A DNA stretch of 64,000 bases from Myxococcales bacterium. Its GTDB lineage: Bacteria > Myxococcota_A > Polyangia > Polyangiales > Polyangiaceae. Positions 8,131 through 18,220 of this stretch are shown in pieces (within the stretch, counting starts at the first letter, position 1; each line of letters starts with the position of its first letter). The translations under genes were made by a program, and so were the position numbers. The notes below the pieces were generated by a model. That model did not search any database, was not told where the DNA came from, and worked only from the letters and a program-made list of their open reading frames with translations. The DNA lies in contig JAYTOU010000077.1 in the NCBI GenBank assembly GCA_043747615.1, forward strand, positions 1 to 64,000. Direction: 5' to 3'.

Positions 8131-9691
8131 AGGCCGCACCCCCGATTCGGTACGCGTTGGCCATCACGCTCAAGGTGATCGTGGTGGCGGGGATGCTCGG
8201 CAGAACGCTAGAGTCGATGAGGTGAAGGCGCTTGAAACCGGAAGGCCTGCCGAGCGTGTCCGTCTCGAATCGCCCTGGTTTTCCCCGCATGGGAAAGGTT
8301 CCGCCGGAGTGGGCGCCGGTTCCGAGGTGGCCCGTCTTCAGCATGGGCGCGATGGGCATGAACCCGAGCTGCTTCGAATTTCGGGTGAGCTTCCCGACGA
8401 CGGCGCTGACGATGGCGGTGGTCTTCTTGGGGATCTCGTTCTGCTCGACATGCAGGTGTCCGTCGCGCAGCGACACCGTTCCCGTTGGGGAGAGGTTCGA
8501 GTGCAGGTACCCCTGAAGGACCATGAGACGACTCAGCATGAGCCCCGCCGGCATGAGCGCGAACTTGAACGCGCTCCCGAGCATGCTCTTCATAGCGTCG
8601 AGGTAGAGGTCGTTGTACGTGTACATCTGCATGTGAACCGGGTGCGCGCTGATCTCGTGATCGACGAGCTCCAGGAACAGCTGGGAGAGAGTGTGCAGGC
8701 GCTCGGTCTGCGCGTTTCCGCCGCCACGGAGCCCCACCACGGGGAGGAGAAAGTACTGCGAGTCGCGGAGGGTGAGCGCGTGGCTCGTGGCGTCGAGCGA
8801 CTGGAGCATGACCTTCGCGGTCTGAAGAACGCCGCACCCGAGGAACACGCGATCGGCCTTGTATTCAAGGGGATTCTTGTCGTGGAGGCCATGCGCATGA
8901 ACGACGACCTTGCCCTTGATCTCCTCGACGCGATCGACCACCACGTTGGGGACGTAGTGGATCTTGTCGCTCGTAGCGTCGAGCGACTGCGGCGATTTGT
9001 AGATGAGATCGTAGGGGCAGCCGTACATGCACAGGCCGCAGTAGGTGCAGCCTTTCGCGTTTCGCGCCGTCGGCTCGGCCTGCACGGCGACGCGCGAAGT
9101 ACCGAACACGAAGCCCCGCTCGCGCAAGCGATCGCGGTGGCGGTTCATCGTCTCGAGGACGTCCTCGGCCTGGCGACTCGGACGGAGCGCGGCATAGGTC
9201 TCCGAGTGGAGGGGAAACATCTCTTCCAGATCGTCGCGCTTGGCGGAGAGCGGCACGAACTTGAACACCGCTTTGTATGCTTCGCTGAGAGCGTCGGGCG
9301 CGATCGCCCAGTCGGAAATGTCTGTCGGGAGGTACGGGAGGACCGCCGCGCCCCACACGTTGCTCAGCCCGCCCCGCGCAAAGGAGGAGAAGGTCGTCGC
9401 GCGCTCGGCCTGGATGGTCGGCACTTCGCGGTAAGGAAAATCCGAGCCGTAAAGGCGCTTCATCGGGAGGCCCGTGGTGGTCGCTCCCGCGCTCTCTTTG
9501 AGGACGGCGATCGATTCTGGTCCCCAGCCTTCGAACGGCGCGACTCGCATGCGATCGACGAGCTCCTGCCGGGCGGGCTCGAGATCGACCCCCGCATCGA
9601 GCATCGTCACCTCCATGCCTTTGTCGACGAGCGCCCGCGCGCACGCCACGCTCGCGGGACCCGAGCCGACGACGATGATCTTCTCGCCCAT
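8117..9691 (-). CDS. GMC-family FAD oxidoreductase
   Basis: VVGSGPA FAD motif, GGLSNVWG, CTYCGLCMYGCP, AHSGGT, DSSVLP...TLSVMANA. Confidence 0.88.
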   Translation of the reverse strand: MGEKIIVVGSGPASVACARALVDKGMEVTMLDAGVDLEPARQELVDRMRVAPFEGWGPESIAVLKESAGATTTGLPMKRLYGSDFPYREVPTIQAERATTFSSFARGGLSNVWGAAVLPYLPTDISDWAIAPDALSEAYKAVFKFVPLSAKRDDLEEMFPLHSETYAALRPSRQAEDVLETMNRHRDRLRERGFVFGTSRVAVQAEPTARNAKGCTYCGLCMYGCPYDLIYKSPQSLDATSDKIHYVPNVVVDRVEEIKGKVVVHAHGLHDKNPLEYKADRVFLGCGVLQTAKVMLQSLDATSHALTLRDSQYFLLPVVGLRGGGNAQTERLHTLSQLFLELVDHEISAHPVHMQMYTYNDLYLDAMKSMLGSAFKFALMPAGLMLSRLMVLQGYLHSNLSPTGTVSLRDGHLHVEQNEIPKKTTAIVSAVVGKLTRNSKQLGFMPIAPMLKTGHLGTGAHSGGTFPMRGKPGRFETDTLGRPSGFKRLHLIDSSVLPSIPATTITLSVMANAYRIGGAAYGDQ

Positions 9692-9726
9692 GTTCCGCAG
9701 CTCTTTACCATGATAACCACGCCATC

Positions 9727-11781
9727 GTGTTGAGCACAGAGCGTGTAGCGCACGCGTTCATGGCTGTTTTGGTGGCCGGGACGCTTCTCTTTGCGACGTT
9801 CGCCCCGTGGCGCAGCGTCATCGGCGTCGACAACCGGACGTACGTGGAGATGGTCGCCGGCGTTCGCGACCACGGGCTCCCCTACACCACGAACGACTTT
9901 TCCGATCGCTTCCCCGAGGCGCGCGCCCGCTTCAACGTGGCCCGCGATGGGAAGCTCTGGGGGGTCTACGCGCCGGTCTTCGCGTACGCAGCAGCGCCGG
10001 CGCTCGCGGCGGGCGGTCTCCTCGGAATCGGGAAAGCGAACATCGTTTGCATGGCTCTCCTCGCCATAGCCGTCTACCTCCTCGGAAAACGGATCAGCGA
10101 TGAGCCCCTCGCCGGCGTGGGCGCGGCGTACACCACGCTCCTCTCGACACCGATCTGGGCGAGCTCCTTCGAGACGCTCGCGCTCCCGCTCTTCTGTCTC
10201 TTCCTCGTCATCGCCTGCTACTTCGCCGTGCGCGCCGTCGAGTCGAAGGAGCGATCGTTCGGCTGGGCAGGGCTCGCCGGGGTTTTCGCCGGCCTCGCCG
10301 CGGGCTCGCACATGCACGGCTTCCCCATGGGAATTCTCTTGATCGGCGGGATCGCGCTCGTCCATGTGCACGAGCCTGAGCGTCCAGGAGAGCTCCGAGC
10401 CCTCCTTCCAGATCTCGTGGGTCTCGCGCGCGCCGCCTGCGCAACCCTCGGAATGGTGCTCGCTCTCGTGCCGGTCGGGCTCATCAATCGCTACCGCTTC
10501 GGCACACCGAATCCCATGTCGTACGGCCCGTGCACGTGGGCGCAGTGCGAGCGCATGGGACAGAGCAGCTTGAACGCGGGGGCGCTTCTCAGCTTCGCGT
10601 TGCCCGCGGTTCCCTGGATGGCGATCATCGCGGTGGCCCTCGTTCTCGCGCGAAAGCGGTGGTGGACGATGGCCATCGTCGTCGCCCTTGCTGCAGGGTC
10701 GCTCGCGGTACCGGGCCTCTTCTTTCACGACGCGGCTTTCGGTCTCGTGCGCACCGTTTACGGCTACGTCGTCGATGTTTCGAACATCACCTTTCCCGAG
10801 CACCCGAAGCCTCCCGACGGGCTCGGTCATCTCTTCGGCGGGCAGGTGATCAAATCGATGGTCCAGTGCTCGCCGGTCTTGCTCACGGGGCTTCTCCTTC
10901 CGCCGATCGCGCGGAGCGGACCGAGAGCGCGCGCGCTTTCCGTGTGGCTCGCCGTGGTGGGGCAGCTCCTGGGCCTCTCGCTCCTTGGGCGCTTCAGCGG
11001 CGCGTGGACCTTCGGTTGGCCGTACCTTTTTCTCCGCTACATCATCCCGGCGACGCCGCTTCTCAGCGTGCTGTCCGTCGTCGTTCTGGCGAAGCTCCCG
11101 TGGCGATGGAGTCACGTGGTGTGCGGGGCTTTTCTTGCGGCGGTCGGGCTCGTTTATTTCGTCGTCAGCACCGGCGAAGACGGCGGCCACCTGCGCCGAT
11201 GGCTCGAGCTCCGCGGCACGCTCGTTCTCGGGGTCGGCGTTGCGATTCTCGTGTTTGCCTTCCAGCGGTGGCCGCACGCGTGGGTCGCACGCATCGCACC
11301 ACTCGTGAGCGCCGCGGCGATCGGTGTGGGGGTCGCGGTGTCCATAGGCGTGGATACCCGCGTCCTCGTGCGACAGATCGCGGCCATCGACGCCCATGTC
11401 GGGCGCATCGCCGCCTTCGTGCCGCAGCGTTTCGCGCTCGCGGGCTGGGGACCCGACACCGACACGGTCCTCGGCATGCGTGCGGAGCGCGACATCCAGT
11501 ACATCGACCTCGTCGAAGCTGAAGAAGGAGCGTGGGACGATTTTCGGGAGATCATCGAGCTATGGAGCGACGAGGGTCTGCCGATCTACGCGGTCTTCCC
11601 GCACATGACGCCGCGCTTCCGGTGGCCCTACGCGCCCTTCGACATCCCCGCGGAGCTGATCAGCGACGAGGACGAGCTCTGGAAGATCGGTCCGCCGAAC
11701 CGTCGCCTCAGTCAGGCCGAGCACGAGGCCTTCGCCGTGGCGCGCGAAGAGCGGCGAAAGCGCGCCGCACTTCCGCACTGA
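9727..11781 (+). CDS. Multi-TM protein, probable GT-C-like (lipid-linked sugar) glycosyltransferase
   Basis: About 12-14 hydrophobic segments; acidic DN..Y after TM1; soluble C-terminal domain; embedded in the sugar cluster. Function inferred. Confidence 0.55.
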   Translation: MLSTERVAHAFMAVLVAGTLLFATFAPWRSVIGVDNRTYVEMVAGVRDHGLPYTTNDFSDRFPEARARFNVARDGKLWGVYAPVFAYAAAPALAAGGLLGIGKANIVCMALLAIAVYLLGKRISDEPLAGVGAAYTTLLSTPIWASSFETLALPLFCLFLVIACYFAVRAVESKERSFGWAGLAGVFAGLAAGSHMHGFPMGILLIGGIALVHVHEPERPGELRALLPDLVGLARAACATLGMVLALVPVGLINRYRFGTPNPMSYGPCTWAQCERMGQSSLNAGALLSFALPAVPWMAIIAVALVLARKRWWTMAIVVALAAGSLAVPGLFFHDAAFGLVRTVYGYVVDVSNITFPEHPKPPDGLGHLFGGQVIKSMVQCSPVLLTGLLLPPIARSGPRARALSVWLAVVGQLLGLSLLGRFSGAWTFGWPYLFLRYIIPATPLLSVLSVVVLAKLPWRWSHVVCGAFLAAVGLVYFVVSTGEDGGHLRRWLELRGTLVLGVGVAILVFAFQRWPHAWVARIAPLVSAAAIGVGVAVSIGVDTRVLVRQIAAIDAHVGRIAAFVPQRFALAGWGPDTDTVLGMRAERDIQYIDLVEAEEGAWDDFREIIELWSDEGLPIYAVFPHMTPRFRWPYAPFDIPAELISDEDELWKIGPPNRRLSQAEHEAFAVAREERRKRAALPH

Positions 11782-11794
11782 GGCGGGCGCGTTT

Positions 11795-12424
11795 TTAGCG
11801 CGTGCAAACCGCGAAGGTGTTCAGCCCGAACTTGTGCGAAAAGCACTTGATTTGCTGGGGAATGAAGCCCGCGCGCACGAGGAGCGGCCAGAGATCTTTC
11901 ACGTCGTAGTACATCTTGTGATCGTTCATCTCGAACTCGGGGCTGAGGCCAAGCTTGAACGCGGAGAGCTCGAGGTAACGTTTTCCTGCCCACGACGGGA
12001 CGTTGAGGAGGCACGTGCCGCCCGGCGCGAGGATGCGACGAAAATGGGTGAGCGCCTCAAGCGGCTCCCACAGATGCTCGAGCACCGAGATGCACATGAT
12101 GACGTCGAGCGAGGCATCGCCGAGAGTGGCGAGCGCGGGGAGCAGCGGGCCCTCCGTGGCCGCGACCTTGGGATGCTCGTTCAGCTCGTCGGCGATGGAC
12201 ACGTCGACGAGGACCACCTTCGCGGCCTCTTCGAGGACCGTGCGCGCGAACGACGCGTGGTAACCGCAGCCGAAATCGCCGACGTTTTTCCCCGCGAACG
12301 AGGGCACGTAGTGCCTGATCTGGCGCGCGGAGAGCCACACTCCGAAGCGATCGGCGAACGTCGTCTTGTAGCCCTGACCGAACGACTCTTGCCGCGTCGA
12401 GGACTCGCTCACGGGCGCCGCCAC
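11795..12424 (-). CDS. Class I SAM-dependent methyltransferase
   Basis: DFGCGY, SLDVIMCISVLEHL, RILAPGG. Confidence 0.88.
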   Translation of the reverse strand: MAAPVSESSTRQESFGQGYKTTFADRFGVWLSARQIRHYVPSFAGKNVGDFGCGYHASFARTVLEEAAKVVLVDVSIADELNEHPKVAATEGPLLPALATLGDASLDVIMCISVLEHLWEPLEALTHFRRILAPGGTCLLNVPSWAGKRYLELSAFKLGLSPEFEMNDHKMYYDVKDLWPLLVRAGFIPQQIKCFSHKFGLNTFAVCTR

Positions 12425-13695
12425 ACTACCACCGCCGTTGAGTGGAGAAGGAGGGTGAACGTGAAGGTCATGAAGCCCGCGATCATGCAGAGGAGCCCCG
12501 TGACGCCGAGGTAGTTCACGGAGTTACCGACCGCGAGCGCGAGCCCGTTGTGCACGTACGAGCCTGCGAGCCAGCAGCTGAGAGCGACGCCGGTCATGAA
12601 GAGGAGCACGCTGATCCCGACGGTGCGATCGTACGGGAAGCGCGCGAACCAGCGCTTGGTGGGCTCCCCCGAGTAGTCGAAGAACACGTGCGCGAGGACA
12701 CCGAGGTAGACGCACTGGAGGCCGAGCGTGGCCAGGGTGAGACCGAGGAGCATCCAGTGAAGCGAGAAGGTGACCGGGCCGACGCTGAGCGGACCGAGCG
12801 ACAGCGGCAACGTGAGGAGGAGACCGAGCGCCGTCATCACGAGACCGGGCTTGTAGAGAAAGAACGCCGCTCCGTAGATGAACATGGCGCGCAGGTTGAT
12901 CCACGCCGCCGCCCAGGGGGAAAACCAGCCCGAGCGTTTGTGGTGACTGAGGCGGCCGTCGCGATCCTTCAAGAAGCGGATCGGCACTTCGTCGGTCTTC
13001 AGACCCATGTGGACGGATTTCAGGACCATCTCCGACGCGTATTCCCAGGACTGCGAGCGCAGCCCCATGCGAACGAGAGCGGGTTTGGTGAGCCCGCGCA
13101 TGCCGCAGTGGATGTCGGAAAAATGGCTCGAGAAGATGACGTTCAGGATCCAGGTCGTCACGGGCGTGCCGAGGTAACGATGGAGCGCGGGCATCGATCC
13201 TGGCTCGATGTAGCCGCGGAAACGCGAGCCCATGACGAACTCGGTGCCGTTGCGAAACTTTTCGATGAAGGGCGCGATCTCCCGAAAATCGTAGGTGCAA
13301 TCGCAGTCGCCCATGACCACGTATTTTCCGCGGATGTAGGGAAGGCTGTCGATGTATGCCCGGCCGAGGCCGCGCTTCGGTGAGTTGAGGACGCGTGCGC
13401 CGCCGGCGAGAGCGAGCTTTCCGGTGTCGTCCGTGGAGCTGTTGACGATGAGGATCTCGCCGGTGCAGTTGGCCTTCTTGAGGCCCTCTTTGCACCACGC
13501 CACGAAGTCCGAAATCGTGAGCTGCTCGTTCAGCGCAGGCACCACGATGGAGAGCTCGGGGTCCGCGACGTCGTCGTCGGGAACGAGGAGCTCGAGCTCG
13601 GGATCGACGACGTGCACGGGTGCAGAGACTTCGAGCACGGGGACAATGGCGCTCGCGACGAGAATTGCGGTCGGCTGACGGACCTGCGTCGACAT
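12409..13695 (-). CDS. GT2 glycosyltransferase (polyprenyl-phosphate glycosyltransferase-like) with C-terminal TM domain
   Basis: SIVVPALNE, MGDCDCTYD (DxD), VMGSRF, DIHCGMR, EMVLK; four C-terminal TM helices. ATG at 13695. Confidence 0.88.
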   Translation of the reverse strand: MSTQVRQPTAILVASAIVPVLEVSAPVHVVDPELELLVPDDDVADPELSIVVPALNEQLTISDFVAWCKEGLKKANCTGEILIVNSSTDDTGKLALAGGARVLNSPKRGLGRAYIDSLPYIRGKYVVMGDCDCTYDFREIAPFIEKFRNGTEFVMGSRFRGYIEPGSMPALHRYLGTPVTTWILNVIFSSHFSDIHCGMRGLTKPALVRMGLRSQSWEYASEMVLKSVHMGLKTDEVPIRFLKDRDGRLSHHKRSGWFSPWAAAWINLRAMFIYGAAFFLYKPGLVMTALGLLLTLPLSLGPLSVGPVTFSLHWMLLGLTLATLGLQCVYLGVLAHVFFDYSGEPTKRWFARFPYDRTVGISVLLFMTGVALSCWLAGSYVHNGLALAVGNSVNYLGVTGLLCMIAGFMTFTFTLLLHSTAVVVWRRP

Positions 13696-13795
13696 GGGCC
13701 CGCGATTCTTCGCAGATCCAAGGCGTAAACGGAAGCCCGAACGTTGCGGAGCCCGGGTGCGGCCTCGCGCCTTCCATGCTACTGCTCCTTCCCTA

Positions 13796-14590
13796 ATGAG
13801 CTGGATCGAAGGCGTGCTCCAAGTGCCGCTCGTCATGCAAGCCGCGCGCGGCGCCTCGAACTGGGTCGATCTCCAGTGGTCGCTTCTCGATGCGCAGCTC
13901 AAGTTGATCGCCCCTCGCGCGCACGGAAAGCTGCTCGACGTGGGCTGCGGCGAGAAGCCGTACGAGGCGATTTTTCTGCCCTTCGTGACCTCGTACATCG
14001 GCGTGGAGCACGAGGCCACGTTCGGCCACACGACCGCGTCCACGCGCTCGAAGCCCGATGTCCTCTACGACGGCAAGCGCCTCCCCTTCGACGACGAGAG
14101 CTTCGACACCGTGCTGAACGTGCAAGTGCTTGAGCACACCTCACGGCCGCAGGAGCTCCTCGAGGAAATGGCGCGCGTCCTCAAGCAAGACGGCACCCTC
14201 ATTCTCAACGCGCCCTTTTGCTTTCGCCTCCACGAAGAGCCACACGATTTTTTCCGCTACACGCCCCATGGTCTCAAAGACATGTGCGAGCGCGCGGGGC
14301 TCGAGGTCACCGACACGATGGCCCAGGGCAGCCTGTGGAGCGTGATGGGGCACAAGCTCAACTCGTACCTCGCGTTTCAGGTCGCCGATCTCGGCGCCGT
14401 CACGCAGGCAATGGGAAAGCTCGGACACGAAGGCACCAGCAAGAAGCGTCCGCGCCTCTGGTCGTTCCCGTTCGTCCTTCCCACGATGGCCTGCGTCAGC
14501 GCGGGCGCGCGGATCCTCGATCACCTGCTCCCGGACGCGACCGAAGCTCTCAGCTTCATGATCGTCGCCCGCCGCAAAAAAGGTCGCTGA
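13796..14590 (+). CDS. Class I SAM-dependent methyltransferase
   Basis: LLDVGCGEKPY, LPFDDESFDTVLNVQVLEH, HEEPHDFFRYT. Confidence 0.9.
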   Translation: MSWIEGVLQVPLVMQAARGASNWVDLQWSLLDAQLKLIAPRAHGKLLDVGCGEKPYEAIFLPFVTSYIGVEHEATFGHTTASTRSKPDVLYDGKRLPFDDESFDTVLNVQVLEHTSRPQELLEEMARVLKQDGTLILNAPFCFRLHEEPHDFFRYTPHGLKDMCERAGLEVTDTMAQGSLWSVMGHKLNSYLAFQVADLGAVTQAMGKLGHEGTSKKRPRLWSFPFVLPTMACVSAGARILDHLLPDATEALSFMIVARRKKGR

Positions 14591-15253
14591 TTACTTTTTC
14601 TTCGTTCCGCGGTTACGCCAGGCGGTGTTGAACTCTTCGATCGTCGTCTCGGTGCGCGGGTTCCACACCATCTTGCGCAGGATCGGCGGCGCGATGGTCG
14701 GCACGTGGGCGCCACATTCGAGGGCCTCGTTCACGTCCATCATGTGGCGCATGGAGCCGACGATGATCTTCGATTTGAGCCCTTCGCGGTCCAGGACGTT
14801 TCGCGTCGAGGAGATGACGGGCTTCACGTCGTAGCCCATGTCGCGCACGCGGCCGGAGAAGATGCTCACGTAGGTGGCCCCCGCGAGCGCCGCCAAATAA
14901 GCCTGATTCATGGCCATCAGGCAGGTCATGTTCGTCTTCACGTTCTTCTTGGTGAGAGCGTAAACGACGCGAAGGCCGTGCTCGCTCATTGGCACCTTGA
15001 TGCAGATCCGCGCCGGATCCCACGCGTGGTAGGCAGCGGCTTCGGCCAGCATTTCGGGCTCGGTCTCGGTGGTGAGCTCGACGGAAACGTCTCCATGGCT
15101 CACCGCGAGGACCTCGCGAATGCGCTCGCCGAGATCGGCGTCGGGTGCTTCTTTGGCGATGATGAGCGGGTTGGTGGTGACGCCCGAGAGCACCCCCCAC
15201 GCGAACAACTCCTTGATCTCTTTAGGGTCCGAGCTGTCGATGAATATAGCCAT
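14591..15253 (-). CDS. tal: Small transaldolase (TalC/FSA family)
   Basis: IFIDS, GVTTNP, SVE, catalytic Lys in ICIKVP, YVSIFSGR. Confidence 0.88.
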   Translation of the reverse strand: MAIFIDSSDPKEIKELFAWGVLSGVTTNPLIIAKEAPDADLGERIREVLAVSHGDVSVELTTETEPEMLAEAAAYHAWDPARICIKVPMSEHGLRVVYALTKKNVKTNMTCLMAMNQAYLAALAGATYVSIFSGRVRDMGYDVKPVISSTRNVLDREGLKSKIIVGSMRHMMDVNEALECGAHVPTIAPPILRKMVWNPRTETTIEEFNTAWRNRGTKKK

Positions 15254-15304
15254 TTTATGCTTCTCCCAGCTTCTGAAGGGCTCTCGATATACCACGCGTC
15301 GCCA

Positions 15305-15901
15305 TCAGGCGCCCAGGATGGCCTTCGTGATCTCGGCGAACGTTGCGCCAGAAATGTCGGGTGATCCCGCGGGGCCTCCCCGCAGCGGACAGAGCTCGCA
15401 GCGGTCGCGCGAAAATAGGAGCGCCGTTTTCACGTTCGCCGCGCGCCCGGCTTCGACGTCCCCGCGCGAGTCGCCGACCATCCAGGATGCAGCGCGATCG
15501 ACGCCGAGCTCCGTCGACAGATCGTCGAGCAGCCCGGGGAGCGGCTTGCGGCACGCGCACGGACCCACCAGCGACGGATCGCCGCCGGCGCCGCCGCTCG
15601 GGTGATGCATGCATATTGCAACCTTGGCGATCGTGACCCCTTCTCGGGCGAGCATGGCCACGAGCGCGTCGTTCGTGCGCTTCACAGCGGCCGCGGAGAA
15701 CTGCCCTTTGGCGGGCCCGGGCTGGTTGCTTGCGATGGCGAGGACGTAGCCGGCTCCGGCGAGCGCGCGGAGACCCTCGGCAACGCCGGGGAGGAGACGC
15801 AGCTGGTCGGGATGAAAGGCAACCGAGATGATCCCCGCTTCCTCGTCTCGCACGACGTCGATGAGGGTGCCGTCGCGATCGAGAAAGACCGCGCGCGTCA
15901 T
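15305..15901 (-). CDS. gmhB: Heptose 1,7-bisphosphate phosphatase (HAD-IIIA)
   Basis: FLDRDGTL, SNQPG, C.H, CACRKPLPGL, MVGDSRGDVEAG. Confidence 0.9.
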   Translation of the reverse strand: MTRAVFLDRDGTLIDVVRDEEAGIISVAFHPDQLRLLPGVAEGLRALAGAGYVLAIASNQPGPAKGQFSAAAVKRTNDALVAMLAREGVTIAKVAICMHHPSGGAGGDPSLVGPCACRKPLPGLLDDLSTELGVDRAASWMVGDSRGDVEAGRAANVKTALLFSRDRCELCPLRGGPAGSPDISGATFAEITKAILGA

Positions 15902-15905
15902 GTGA

Positions 15906-16517
15906 CTACTTGACCGACTCCCACTTCGTTTGCGCTTTCTGGAGCTTGGGATGGCTCACGAGAAGGTGCCAGATCACCGCGCAGAAGCCCTCGGTGTGAG
16001 GAGTGCTTCGCGCCGCGTTGACGGTGGGAATGACGACGCAGGCGTCGGCCACTTGCTTGGTGAAGCCGCCGTCACGCCCGACGATCCCGAAGACCTTGGC
16101 GTTCACGCTCTTGGCGTGCTCCACCGAGCGCACCAGGTTTACCGACACGTTCTTCTCGCGGTTGCCGCCACCCACGGAGAAGACGAGGATCGCGTCGTTC
16201 TTGCGGAGCCGGGAGACCTTGAGCCACTCGGAGAAGCACGTGTCCCAGCCCTCGTCGTTCACCCGCGCGGTGAGCTCCGCCACGTTGTCGGTGGGGGCGT
16301 ACGCTTCGAAATCGCAGATCTTGCGAAAGTCATTCACGGCGTGACCGGCGTGCCCCGCGGAGCCTCCTACGCCGAGAATGAAGAGGCGGCCGTTGTTCGC
16401 ACGCACTTCGGCCAGGCCAGTTGCCAGCGCTTCCACGCTCGCCACGTCGATCTGACGAATGAGCTCGAGGCTCTCGTCGAGGAAGGTCTTCGTGAACGAC
16501 TCGTTGGTATCGGCCAT
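15906..16517 (-). CDS. gmhA: Sedoheptulose-7-phosphate isomerase (SIS domain)
   Basis: GVGGSAGHAGHAVNDF, LTARVNDEGW, SVGG, GRDGG; next to gmhB and hddA. Confidence 0.85.
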   Translation of the reverse strand: MADTNESFTKTFLDESLELIRQIDVASVEALATGLAEVRANNGRLFILGVGGSAGHAGHAVNDFRKICDFEAYAPTDNVAELTARVNDEGWDTCFSEWLKVSRLRKNDAILVFSVGGGNREKNVSVNLVRSVEHAKSVNAKVFGIVGRDGGFTKQVADACVVIPTVNAARSTPHTEGFCAVIWHLLVSHPKLQKAQTKWESVK

Positions 16518-16527
16518 GGTGCCCTCT

Positions 16528-17523
16528 TTACGATCGATGAAAATTCGCGACGATGCGCGCGCCGTCTTGGTCGAAGCGAAACCGTAGCGGTTTCAAACCG
16601 CGCTTGCTCATCACTTCCCACAGTCGGCGTTTGTCGGCGGGCCGCGTGTAGAACATGAAAAATCCGCCACCGCCTGCGCCCATCAATTTTCCCCCGATGG
16701 CCCCGGCTTTTCGAGCTTCTTCGTAGTGCTCGTCGATCACCGGATCGGTCATGTTGACGGCCAGCTTGCGCTTGTTCGTCCAGTGCTCGTGGAGCATCTC
16801 GCCGTAGCGGTCGACGTCGCCCTTGAGGAGAAGATCGCGCGTCTCGTAGCCGAGCGCCTTGATGCGGTGCATGCGATTGACCGCGTCGTCTTTGTTGGCG
16901 GTGATCTGTTTGCCCTGCTCCTTGAGCACCGTCGACGCCGCGCGCTCGACGCCCGAGTAGAAGATCGTCAGGTTGCTCTCGAGCTCGTCGACCACGTCCG
17001 GCGAGGCGTCGACCCGCTCGGGGACGACCGTTCCATCTTTGTTGAACGTGAAGGCGGTGATACCGCCGTACGCCGCGATGTACTGATCTTGCTTCCCGAT
17101 CGGCTCCTTCAGGATGTCGATTTCGATCTGACAGGCTTCGCGCGCGAGCTGCTCGGTGGAGACGAAATTGCGATTGTAGGCGTGGAGCGCATTGAGGAGG
17201 GCCACGGTGAAAGAGCTCGACGACCCCAAGCCCGAATTGGACGGGACGTCGGCGACGGTGACGAGCTCGATGCCCTTGCTGATGCCGGTGAAGCGCAGCG
17301 TCTCGCGGAAGATGCGGTGCTCGATCTGTTCGACCGAGTCGACCGTCTCCGTCTTCGAGTAGGCGAGGCGGATCGTGTCGTAGAATCGCTGGTTCGCGGC
17401 GACGAAGACGTAGCGTTCGATGGCGGCCGCCACCAAGAAGCCGCCATGCTCGCGCGCGTAGCTCGGGAGGTCGGTGCCGCCACCACCCAAAGAAAAGCGG
17501 ACCGGGGCGCGAGAGACGATCAT
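16528..17523 (-). CDS. hddA: D-glycero-alpha-D-manno-heptose 7-phosphate kinase (GHMP family)
   Basis: RAPVRFSLGGGGTDL, SGLGSSS, GKQDQY, GGKLMGAGGGGF. Confidence 0.9.
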   Translation of the reverse strand: MIVSRAPVRFSLGGGGTDLPSYAREHGGFLVAAAIERYVFVAANQRFYDTIRLAYSKTETVDSVEQIEHRIFRETLRFTGISKGIELVTVADVPSNSGLGSSSSFTVALLNALHAYNRNFVSTEQLAREACQIEIDILKEPIGKQDQYIAAYGGITAFTFNKDGTVVPERVDASPDVVDELESNLTIFYSGVERAASTVLKEQGKQITANKDDAVNRMHRIKALGYETRDLLLKGDVDRYGEMLHEHWTNKRKLAVNMTDPVIDEHYEEARKAGAIGGKLMGAGGGGFFMFYTRPADKRRLWEVMSKRGLKPLRFRFDQDGARIVANFHRS

Positions 17524-18218
17524 GAGGGCTTTCGAAGGTATTCTGCGAGCGTGGCCAGCCCTTCCGGCGAGCCAATTTCGAAGAACCTGTCATGCGCGGC
17601 GAACGCTCGCAAGCGCTTCTTTTCAGCGAGAGCGCGCTGGATAGTGTCGAGCCCCGCGGGCGTGCCCTCGGGCAGGGCGGCGACCACCTCTCGCCGAAGA
17701 GCGATCGCGCCGTAGTCGATGTGATCGAACCGCGAATCCTTGGCGCCCTTCTCGTAGGCAATGATCCACGCGCCATCGGCGATCACGTTCGACGCGTCCC
17801 ATTTCCCGTCGTTCTTGTAGACGCTCATCACCCCGTCGCAGTCGGCGTGGGCGGCGAGCGAGGTGAGCGGACCGGCATAATCGAAGGGTAGATAACTGTC
17901 GCCGTAGGTCACGAGGAAGATCGGGTCGAGGAGGGTGAGAGCGAGCCGCACCGCGCCCGCCGTGCCGAGCTGGTGCTCGCCTTCGTCCGAGTAGCGCACG
18001 CGAAGGCCGTAGCGCGCACCGTCTTTCACGTGCTCCCGAATCTGCCCACCGAGGTGACCGATGCACATGACGACGTCGTCGAACCCGCATGCGCTGAGCT
18101 TCTTGAGCTGCCAGTCAACGAAGGGACGGCCTGCGACGTCGAGCATCGACTTCGGAATTTTGTCCGTGAAGGGGCGCATCCGCGTCGCAAGGCCGCCGGC
18201 CAAGAGCACCGCTTGCAT
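17520..18218 (-). CDS. hddC: Heptose-1-phosphate nucleotidyltransferase (HddC-like)
   Basis: LLAGGLATRMRP, PKSM, LGTAGA, YGDSY, FFEIGSPE. Nucleotide specificity inferred from context only. Confidence 0.75.
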   Translation of the reverse strand: MQAVLLAGGLATRMRPFTDKIPKSMLDVAGRPFVDWQLKKLSACGFDDVVMCIGHLGGQIREHVKDGARYGLRVRYSDEGEHQLGTAGAVRLALTLLDPIFLVTYGDSYLPFDYAGPLTSLAAHADCDGVMSVYKNDGKWDASNVIADGAWIIAYEKGAKDSRFDHIDYGAIALRREVVAALPEGTPAGLDTIQRALAEKKRLRAFAAHDRFFEIGSPEGLATLAEYLRKPS

Positions 18219-18220
18219 CT

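Noticed and set aside
8096..9733. Long antisense ORFs (also 9607-11397, 35305-37137, 41615-43663, 49713-50840)
   Set aside because: Shadow frames of real genes in high-GC DNA; no recognisable motifs.
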